Below, piece by piece: positions 51,810 through 59,512 of a stretch of DNA of 63,058 nucleotides. Numbering within the stretch: position 1 is the stretch's first letter; each line of letters starts with the position of its first letter. Position numbers and translations under genes: made by a program. The notes under the pieces are model-generated. The model searched no databases. It had not been told where the DNA came from and worked only from the letters and a program-made list of their open reading frames with translations. The DNA comes from Brachymonas sp. (GTDB taxonomy: Bacteria; Pseudomonadota; Gammaproteobacteria; Burkholderiales; Burkholderiaceae_C), in assembly GCA_017993135.1 (NCBI GenBank), contig JAGONG010000003.1, positions 1-63,058 of the forward strand. The letters are read 5' to 3'.

Positions 51810-52921
51810 CTAAAACCGCATCTTCAAGGCCAACCGCAAGCAAAAGCAAAGCGACTGACACCGCACAGCAGCCAGACCACACTGGGGCAGCACTATCGCC
51901 CTGGATGGAGCAGCAAGCCGTGCATTTATTGCAGCAACGCGGCCACGCCTGGCTGCTGCAAGGCCCATCAGGGCTGGGGCAGCAAGCGCTGGGCATGGCG
52001 CTGGCGCGTGCCTGGTTGTGCGAGCAGCCACAGCCTGACGGCTTGGGCTGCGGCCACTGCACCAGTTGCCACGCCATCAACGTACATACCCATGCCGACC
52101 TGTGCGTACTTATGCCCGAAACGCTCCTGCTCGCGCAAGGCTGGTCTTTAAGCGAAAAAGCACAAAAAGACATTGACGACAAAAAACGCAAGCCCAGCAA
52201 AGAAATTCGCGTTGATGCCATGCGCGAAGCCATCGAATTTGCCCAGCGCACCAGCAGCCGTGGGCGAGGCAAAGCCATTTTGATTTATCCGGCAGAGCGC
52301 ATGAACGCGGTAACTGCCAACGCGCTACTTAAAACGCTGGAAGAGCCTGCGGGCGACATCAAACTGGTACTTGCCAGCGATGCCGCGCACCAACTGCTGC
52401 CAACCATACGCAGCCGCTGCATCAGCCACACCATGCGCTGGCCTGATACGTCTGCTGCCACCAACTGGCTGCTGCAACAAGGTTTAAGCGCAGACGATGC
52501 CAGCACGCTGCTAATGGCAGCTGGCGGCCGCCCCGATGATGCGCTGGCGCTGGCCGAGCAAGGCATTAACGCACAACTGTGGCAGCAACTACCCCGTGCA
52601 GCACTGCAAGGGCAGCTTCAGCCCTTTACCAGCTTTACGCCTGCACAAGCCATAGTTGCTTTGCAAAAAGTCTGCCACGACCTGCAAGCAAGCAAAGCGG
52701 GCAGTGCGCCACGCTTTTTTGCCGCCAGCAGCCTGCCACCAACAGCACACATTACCAACTGGGCAGCCCTTACCGCTTGGTACAAAGAGCTGGCGCAAGC
52801 CACCCGCACCAGCGAGCACCCCTACACACCAGGCCTGTTTCTGGAAGACTTGCTGGCGCAAGCAGCGCATTTTTTGCAACATCCAGCCAGCAGCGCACAA
52901 CAACACGCGCCAATACGCTAA
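51806..52921 (+). CDS. holB: DNA polymerase III delta prime subunit
   Basis: CG.C.SC, ANALLKTLEEP, LPTIRSRC; GTGA overlap with tmk. Confidence 0.93.
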   Translation: MTKTASSRPTASKSKATDTAQQPDHTGAALSPWMEQQAVHLLQQRGHAWLLQGPSGLGQQALGMALARAWLCEQPQPDGLGCGHCTSCHAINVHTHADLCVLMPETLLLAQGWSLSEKAQKDIDDKKRKPSKEIRVDAMREAIEFAQRTSSRGRGKAILIYPAERMNAVTANALLKTLEEPAGDIKLVLASDAAHQLLPTIRSRCISHTMRWPDTSAATNWLLQQGLSADDASTLLMAAGGRPDDALALAEQGINAQLWQQLPRAALQGQLQPFTSFTPAQAIVALQKVCHDLQASKAGSAPRFFAASSLPPTAHITNWAALTAWYKELAQATRTSEHPYTPGLFLEDLLAQAAHFLQHPASSAQQHAPIR

Positions 52922-52985
52922 CAAGCGTGCGAGTTGCAGGCGATTTACAAGTGGCAACTGGTAGGCAGCAAGTTATACCTGCTTG

Positions 52986-53112
52986 GGCAACGCTGCTTTA
53001 ATTCAGCAGTAACGCATAAAAACGCAGTCGCCCATCATTGCCGCACAGGCGAGAGTGGCAACTTTCTAAACTTTCCGAACCTGCTCAGGCCTGAAGAATA
53101 AATCAGCGCCTC
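52986..53112. mobile_element. Degenerate MITE-like element
   Basis: Right end AATAAATCAGCGCCTC (53097-53112) is the reverse complement of the family end; decayed REP catcattgccgcacaggcgagagt inside. Confidence 0.45.
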
Positions 53113-53331
53113 GCCAGCTTGGCACGCTCCAGCAAAGCCTTTAAACCCAATTGGCAAAACACAGACAAAACCCAGCCAAGCATCCAAGAAAACAGCAAGG
53201 AAAGCATTTAATCATGCAAAAGTTTTTGGCAAACTGCCATTTTTTGCCCAAAACAAAGCCCCTCGCACCTTTCATCCAACAAGGTTCTGGCTTAATATAG
53301 CCCAATCTATTTATGCATTGCCCGTTTACCT

Positions 53332-53727
53332 ATGTCTACACCAGCAGCCCCATCCACCGCTTCCGACGCAGCTACTGAACGCACCGTAGTCCTGCCCTTT
53401 ACCATCAAAGAAAAAGGGCTGCTTTACGCCACCTATATGTCGATGATTCAAAACGGTGCCATATTCGTACCAACCAAAAACGAGCTCAAACTAGGCGACC
53501 CCGTATTCGTCATGCTAACCTTGCCCGAAAGCCTGCTTCAAACTGAAGAGCGCTTTCCCATTCGCGGCAAAGTCATCTGGTGGACACCCCCTCGCGCCAT
53601 GTACAAGCGCGTGCAAGGCGTAGGCGTACAGTTTCCCGCAAACGCCGAATCCGAGGCATTACGCGCAAAAATCGAAACCGTTTTGGGCGTGCATCTAGGC
53701 TCTGAGCGCGAAACCCAAACGTTTTAA
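53332..53727 (+). CDS. pilZ: Type IV pilus-associated PilZ protein
   Basis: LY..YM....GAIFVPT, G.V.W.TP, GVGVQF, T.TF C-terminus; holB-pilZ-tatD synteny. Confidence 0.9.
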   Translation: MSTPAAPSTASDAATERTVVLPFTIKEKGLLYATYMSMIQNGAIFVPTKNELKLGDPVFVMLTLPESLLQTEERFPIRGKVIWWTPPRAMYKRVQGVGVQFPANAESEALRAKIETVLGVHLGSERETQTF

Positions 53728-53836
53728 CACCTCTCTACAGCCCAGCATCTTCCTTTTGTGAGCACAACCAAGCGCACACTAAACCCTATTACAGCCAGCC
53801 CGTAGCTGCTGCGGGCGGCATTTCTGATTCCCGCCC

Positions 53837-54640
53837 ATGTATATCGACTCCCACTGCCACCTCAACTTTCCTGAACTGCGCCCGCAAATTGACGAAATTT
53901 GCCAAGCCATGCAAGCCGCACAAGTGCATGGCGCACTCATCGTAAGCACCACACTCGAAGAGTTTGACGCAGTGCATACACTGGCACAAACACACCCCCA
54001 CTTTTGGGCATCGGTAGGCGTACACCCCGACAACGAAGGCGTACAAGAACCCAGCATAGCTGACTTGGTTCAACGTGGAAAAAACCCTAAAGTGCTAGCC
54101 GTAGGCGAAACAGGTTTGGACTACTACCGCCTCAATGGGCGCACCGTAGAAAACATGCATTGGCAGCGCCAGCGATTTCGCACCCATATCCGCGCCGCCC
54201 GCGAACTAGGCAAGCCACTCATCATCCACACCCGCAGCGCAGCAGAAGACACTCTGGCTATTTTGCGCGAAGAAGGCGAAACAGGGCAGGGCAGTGGCCG
54301 CTGCGGTGGCGTATTTCACTGCTTTACCGAATCCCTGGCCACAGCACAAGCCGCATTGGATATCGGCTTTTATATATCCTTCTCAGGCATTATCACGTTT
54401 CGCAATGCACAAGACCTGCGCGAAGTAGTAGCCCATGTGCCGCTTGAGCGCATGCTCATTGAAACCGACAGCCCCTATCTGGCACCAACACCCCACCGTG
54501 GCAAACTCAACAACCCGTCGTATGTGGCGCATGTAGCAGAGCAAATCGCCAGCATCAAACAACTGCCCATTGAAGAAGTGGCAGCAGCAACAACACGCAA
54601 CTTCGAGCAACTCTTTCGCGTTACTAGCCAACCCGCATGA
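53837..54640 (+). CDS. TatD family hydrolase
   Basis: IDSHCHL, VGVHP, GETGLDY, HCFT, ETDSPYL. Confidence 0.95.
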   Translation: MYIDSHCHLNFPELRPQIDEICQAMQAAQVHGALIVSTTLEEFDAVHTLAQTHPHFWASVGVHPDNEGVQEPSIADLVQRGKNPKVLAVGETGLDYYRLNGRTVENMHWQRQRFRTHIRAARELGKPLIIHTRSAAEDTLAILREEGETGQGSGRCGGVFHCFTESLATAQAALDIGFYISFSGIITFRNAQDLREVVAHVPLERMLIETDSPYLAPTPHRGKLNNPSYVAHVAEQIASIKQLPIEEVAAATTRNFEQLFRVTSQPA

Positions 54641-54757
54641 CGAAAAACAACCCAATAAACAACATTATGTATTTTGTATAATCCGTTGATTATTAATAGT
54701 TATTTTTAAAAACAGTATGCTGCCTAACAGCTTGCCACTTAACCAAGGAGAAACACA

Positions 54758-55573
54758 ATGAAAAACTTTAAAAAAATAATCTATCCTCTTGTTTTTTCAT
54801 CGTTTTGTGCCGCATCTTTACTGTCGCAAGCCGCCGCAGTTGATGACCTGATTACCGCAGTCATTCGCAACAGCGATGTAGCCGTACGCGAGCAAATCAA
54901 CAAAGCAGGCAACATCAATGCACGCAATGCCAAAGGGCAAACCGCACTCACTTTAGCCATCCACCAGCAATCTGAAAAAGCCATCCCCATCTTGCTTCAG
55001 TCGCCAAAAATTGACATCAGCGCCACCAACGCTGCAGGCGAATCCCCCCTCATGCTAGCCATCTTCACCGAACAATACGACCTGGCTCGCACCCTCATTA
55101 AACGCGGCGCAGCCATCAACAAAACAGGCTGGACACCCCTACACTACGCCGCCACCAAAGGCAACCTCGACATGATTCGCCTGCTACTCGATAAAGACGC
55201 TTACATCGACAGCGCCTCACCCAACGAAACCACACCCTTAATGATGGCAGCCCAATTCGGCAATGAATCAGCCGTACTGCTCCTGCTACAAAAAGGCGCA
55301 GACCCTTGGGCAAGAAACCAGCTACACCTCACCGCCATCGACTTCGCGCGCAAAGGCGGCAATGCAGCCAGCATCCGCTACATCCAAACCGCGCAAAGCC
55401 GCCGCAAACCTGTTTACAACGCGCAGCCACTCAAACCGCTATCCCCCGCATCAGCGGCTGAACTCAAAGGCCTGCCCATACCAGAAAACCCCGAAGAGCC
55501 CGAAATCTACTACCCCGAAGGCATGCAGCCACCAGCCAAGCCTGCCGCGTCCACACAGCAAACCAGCCAATAA
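54758..55573 (+). CDS. Exported ankyrin repeat protein
   Basis: Signal peptide; G.T/SPL..A repeats; Pro-rich tail. Confidence 0.9.
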   Translation: MKNFKKIIYPLVFSSFCAASLLSQAAAVDDLITAVIRNSDVAVREQINKAGNINARNAKGQTALTLAIHQQSEKAIPILLQSPKIDISATNAAGESPLMLAIFTEQYDLARTLIKRGAAINKTGWTPLHYAATKGNLDMIRLLLDKDAYIDSASPNETTPLMMAAQFGNESAVLLLLQKGADPWARNQLHLTAIDFARKGGNAASIRYIQTAQSRRKPVYNAQPLKPLSPASAAELKGLPIPENPEEPEIYYPEGMQPPAKPAASTQQTSQ

Positions 55574-55666
55574 CTTCCCTCAAAAACCCGCACCCAGCCA
55601 GCATCTGCAAACACACAAGCTCGCTGGGCTGCAGCATCAGCCCACACAAAACAGCCTGCAAAAGCC

Positions 55667-56947
55667 TTACTCGGCCAATGCATGCGAATAAATAGACTTG
55701 CCCATCAGCATCTTTTTAATCGCCGCAGCCAAAGCACACACCAACAACAAAGGCACAATCATCTGAGGCGCACCAGTCATCTCAAAAACCATCACCGCTG
55801 ACATCAAAGGCGCATGCGTACTAGCCGCCAAAAACGCCCCCATCCCCGCACTCACCCAAGCCGCCTGCGGAGCCAAACCAGGGCACAAATAATCCATCAA
55901 CAAACCAAACCCCGCCCCCAACACAGCACCCACCAACAAAGTAGGGGTAAACACACCACCCACCGCCCCAGAACCAATAGAAACAGCCGTTGCCAACACC
56001 TTGAAAAACATAATCAGCAACAGCCCTTGCCAAAGCCAACCACCCTGCAAAATAGAATTAACCACGCTAAAACCATTCCCCCAAACCGCAGGCTCAAAAA
56101 CAGAAACACAACCCAAAAGCAAGCCACCCAAACCAAGCCGCAACCATAAAGCATGGCCAGGCAACAAAGCAAAAGGCTTCTTTCCCCAAGCCAACACACT
56201 CAAGAAAACAGGAGAAAAAACCCCAGCACACACTGCCAGCAGCGCAAATGCCCACACATTGCCAGCAACATCCAAAGCAAAAACAGGCATGTCATACAAA
56301 GGCGCAAACCCCGAAAAACACTGCATCAGCAAATGCGCGGCAACCGACGACACCACCAACGGCGCCAAAACCCGCACAGCAAACGTAGCCAAAATAATTT
56401 CAGCCACAAACAACACACCCGCAAACGGCGCATGGTACGCCGCACTAATACCAGCAGCCACCCCGCAAGCCACCCACAACCGCACACGCTCCTGCGACAA
56501 ACGCCAACCACGCCCCAACACAGAGCCACACATCGCAGCCAACTGCACCATAGGCCCCTCTCGCCCAATCGAAGCACCAGAAACCACAGAACAAAGCGAA
56601 GACAACGCCGTCAAGACAGAAAACGGCAAAGAAATAAAGCCATCCCCACGCGCAACCACAGCCATATAATCCTGCGCCGTGCGACTAGCCTTCAAGCGCC
56701 GCGACCACTGCAAAACCAAACCAGCCAAACAACCACCAAACGCAGGAACCAGCAACCGTTGCCACCACAGCAACGAACGCGCAGCCCCCACCAAACCCAC
56801 AGTCTGCCCATACAGCAAATGCCTTGCAGCATGCAGCGCAGAATGAAAACCAAACACAGCCAAAGCCCCGAGCACCCCCAGAAACACAGCCGCTAATAAA
56901 TCCAGCAAAAGCGTTTTATCTGGCACAAAGCCATCTATTCGAAGCAT
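55667..56947 (-). CDS. ClC family chloride channel (ClcB-like)
   Basis: GASIGREGP, GGVFTP, FEMT. Confidence 0.92.
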   Translation of the reverse strand: MLRIDGFVPDKTLLLDLLAAVFLGVLGALAVFGFHSALHAARHLLYGQTVGLVGAARSLLWWQRLLVPAFGGCLAGLVLQWSRRLKASRTAQDYMAVVARGDGFISLPFSVLTALSSLCSVVSGASIGREGPMVQLAAMCGSVLGRGWRLSQERVRLWVACGVAAGISAAYHAPFAGVLFVAEIILATFAVRVLAPLVVSSVAAHLLMQCFSGFAPLYDMPVFALDVAGNVWAFALLAVCAGVFSPVFLSVLAWGKKPFALLPGHALWLRLGLGGLLLGCVSVFEPAVWGNGFSVVNSILQGGWLWQGLLLIMFFKVLATAVSIGSGAVGGVFTPTLLVGAVLGAGFGLLMDYLCPGLAPQAAWVSAGMGAFLAASTHAPLMSAVMVFEMTGAPQMIVPLLLVCALAAAIKKMLMGKSIYSHALAE

Positions 56948-57018
56948 TCAAAAGTACCTATAAAAACAGCCACGACGCAGCCATTTTAATAATTTCATAA
57001 CCCTGGGCGCATCAGGAA

Positions 57019-57243
57019 CTAACCAAACAAAGTTATAACCCATGCAGGACTAGGCAACTCATAACGGAAGGTAACGCGCAGCAACTTGAGCGCCATGGGC
57101 GGCAGGGCTACCGAGCCGTTTTCCCAGTTATGTAAAGTACGTTCCGTGACATGCAAGAACTTCGCAGTTTGTGCCCGTGTCCAACCATGGCAGCGGTACA
57201 GCCCCTTGAACGCAAGCCCTTGATTTCTGCGATGTTCCAGCAC
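57019..57243 (-). pseudogene. Truncated VC1465/XafT-like HTH protein (IMEX or inovirus remnant)
   Basis: AKFLHVTERTLHNWENG...KLLR...ELPSPAW then an abrupt stop; adjacent to the dif-like site; family assignment from recall. Confidence 0.6.
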
Positions 57244-57271
57244 GTGCGCAGGCAGTTCCTTTCCTTTCTTT

Positions 57272-57299
57272 ACTTTATACGATGTGCATTATGTCAAGT
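57272..57299 (+). other. dif-like XerC/XerD recombination site
   Basis: ACTTTATACGA-TGTGCA-TTATGTCAAGT; 11-6-11 layout; right arm matches the XerD arm TTATGTTAAAT at 9 of 11 positions. Confidence 0.75.
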
Positions 57300-57436
57300 T
57301 GTTTTGATTTACAGGAAAGAAGGGGGAAAATTGCAGACTTATGGCTGGCAATACGCTTGGGGGTGTTTTTCGCCCTGTTTAGCCTTAAGGATACGCTGAG
57401 TTATTTCGATACCGTAAAGAAATGTATTGGTGCTTA

Positions 57437-57509
57437 TCATTCCCGCGATGGCGGGAATCTGCGGTTGTACGGCATATGTGGATGGTTTCCTGCCTACGCG
57501 GGAATGACG
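57437..57509. repeat. REP doublet
   Basis: tcattcccgcgatggcgggaatct and inverted ggtttcctgcctacgcgggaatgacg; TIR-like ggatacgctgagttatt at 57389. Confidence 0.75.
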
Positions 57510-57591
57510 ATGCATATCCAAAGGGTAGCCTGCATATACTGTTATGCACAGCGGAAATGCAAATGTGCTCTTCTTTGTGTTTCTGGAGGGA

Positions 57592-58347
57592 TTAGGCTGT
57601 GGATGTTTCGCGTTGCCGCAATGCTTCGTACAGACACACGCCGCTGGCTACAGATACATTCAGGCTTTCTACTGCGCCACGCATGGGGATGGATACCAAT
57701 GCATCGCAGGTTTTGCGGGTGAGCTGGCGCATGCCTTTGCCTTCTGCGCCGAGTACCAGTGCTGTGGGGCTGCGCAGGTCGGTTTGGTAGAGGTTTTTGG
57801 GCGCGTCGTCGCTGGTGCCTATGATCCAGATATTGCGCTCTTTGAGTTCATTCAAAGTGCGCGCCAGATTGGTGACCATAAAGTACGGCATGGTTTCGGC
57901 AGCGCCACTTGCTACTTTGGCTACGGTGGTGTTAATGCCTGCTGCGTGGTCTTTGGGTGCGATTACGGCGTGCGCCCCTGCCCCATCGGCTACTCGCAGG
58001 CAAGCGCCGAGATTGTGCGGGTCGGTAATGCCGTCGAGAACGAGCAGTAATGGGGGTTCTTGCAGGCTGTCGAGCAAGTCATCTAATGAATGGTTGGGTT
58101 TTACCGCTGCAACCCGCGCTACTACGCCTTGGTGACCGTGGTTGCCAGCCAAGCGTGATAGGCGCAAACCATCGGCCTCGATGAGTTGCACTTGTGCTTC
58201 TTTTGCGCGTTCGATGAATTGGCGCATACGGGCATCGCGCCGCGAAGCATCGAAGAATATTTCCGCGACTGCTTTTGGTGCTGTTTTCAGGTGGATGCTT
58301 ACGGCATGGAAGCCAAATACTATGCGGTATGGAGGTGTGTTCGTCAT
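57592..58347 (-). CDS. rlmB: 23S rRNA (G2251-2'-O) methyltransferase
   Basis: HQGVVA, DPHNLGAC.R, KVASGAAE, GAEGKG, ESLNVSVA. Confidence 0.95.
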   Translation of the reverse strand: MTNTPPYRIVFGFHAVSIHLKTAPKAVAEIFFDASRRDARMRQFIERAKEAQVQLIEADGLRLSRLAGNHGHQGVVARVAAVKPNHSLDDLLDSLQEPPLLLVLDGITDPHNLGACLRVADGAGAHAVIAPKDHAAGINTTVAKVASGAAETMPYFMVTNLARTLNELKERNIWIIGTSDDAPKNLYQTDLRSPTALVLGAEGKGMRQLTRKTCDALVSIPMRGAVESLNVSVASGVCLYEALRQRETSTA

Positions 58348-58488
58348 AGCTGAATTATGCTTGCTATTGTCGCAGTTGTTGCTGTTGCGTGAAAGGTTTT
58401 CTCTTTATTTTTTTTATGAGTACGCTGGAATGCTGATGCGTTTTTAAAACAATAATTTGACGGTTTTTATATTTTGCATTTATTCAAT

Positions 58489-58650
58489 GAGGCACTGATT
58501 TATTATTATTACAACAAAAAACTCAGCATGTTTACATTGCAGCGCAGGCGGGAATCTATTTCAACAAGAATCGCTGCTGTGGATTCCCGCCTTCGCAGGA
58601 ATGACGAGTTATGGCGTTTTATCTAAAACTGGAATAAATAAGCACATACC
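58489..58650. mobile_element. MITE-like element carrying a REP doublet
   Basis: Begins GAGGCACTGATTTATT; ends ttttatctaaaactggaataaataagcacatacc followed by TCAA, as at 27107-27170; REPs at 58535-58606. Confidence 0.6.
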
Positions 58651-58944
58651 TCAACAAATGCAGTAATAGGATGCAAAACCTCTAAATGATTAGCGCATAA
58701 GCGCCCTGCCCTGATTATAAGTTTATTCGCGAAAAACAACTTCAAAACAAAACAAGAATTATGCATAAACGGCAACATATCCAGATAAGGAGTTTAGCTA
58801 CAGACTCCAGTCTGTGAAGGTTATGCTGCACTTGTTTGTTTCTTTATTGGCTAAATACCAAATAACAATTTTTCCAGCTTGTTATTTTAGCCAGAAAGAA
58901 ACGGGCATTACTTAATCGCTTGGTTGTTTATTCTATATTAAAAT

Positions 58945-58984
58945 AAAAAAACGGAGAATAAGAGCAATGCCTTTTTCTCCGTTT
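58945..58984 (-). terminator. Terminator of the adhesin-lipoprotein operon
   Basis: aaacggagaa/ttctccgttt stem with a T run on the minus strand. Confidence 0.6.
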
Positions 58985-59004
58985 ATTTAAAAATTGCTGT
59001 TTGA

Positions 59005-59421
59005 TTACATGCCGACTTTTTGAGCACAGTCTTTAGGGCTCCAGTAAAAACTTTGCCCTTTGTTGTTTTTGTCAAAAATTATTTTGAACTGGCACTGGGT
59101 AGGCTCTTTGTCTTTGCTGCCTTGCAACTGGAACACATAATCCCACTCGCGCACGCCAGCAATGCCTTCAGAAAAATGGGGCACGCCAAACATGGCGTAC
59201 AACTGGTCTTTGCTTATGCCTGGGCGCACTTTGTGAAAATGCTCTAGCGCAGGCAAAGTGCCTTCTTTTACATGGCTTTTGGCTGCATCAGGAAAAATCA
59301 CCTCGCTTGCCTGCTTGCCATCGTCACTAATGCCTTTGCTAACAGTGCTGGTGCAGCCCTGTGCCAACAAGCCTGCTGATACAAGCAAGCCCAAGGCCAT
59401 ATATCTGCGTACTGGATTCAT
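59005..59421 (-). CDS. SmpA/OmlA (BamE-domain) lipoprotein
   Basis: Lipobox-like LAQGC; G.SKDQLY..FG.PHF.EG..GVREWDY.F. Confidence 0.85.
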   Translation of the reverse strand: MNPVRRYMALGLLVSAGLLAQGCTSTVSKGISDDGKQASEVIFPDAAKSHVKEGTLPALEHFHKVRPGISKDQLYAMFGVPHFSEGIAGVREWDYVFQLQGSKDKEPTQCQFKIIFDKNNKGQSFYWSPKDCAQKVGM

Positions 59422-59512
59422 TTAATTACCTCGTTTTTTTGTATTGACCGATAAAAACCGCCTCTCCCCCCGAGAGCTTGCGTGCTAACGGGGAAAGAGA
59501 GCAATTTTCACA

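Noticed and set aside
54758-55573. Ankyrin protein as a eukaryote-like effector
   Set aside because: Sec signal and position after tatD fit the ordinary conserved betaproteobacterial gene
56001-56896. Long plus-strand ORFs over clc
   Set aside because: Shadow frames caused by T-poor skewed sequence; no motifs
57019-57243. HTH ORF as a toxin-antitoxin antitoxin
   Set aside because: No adjacent toxin ORF; dif adjacency and the ELP..AW motif fit an IMEX gene better
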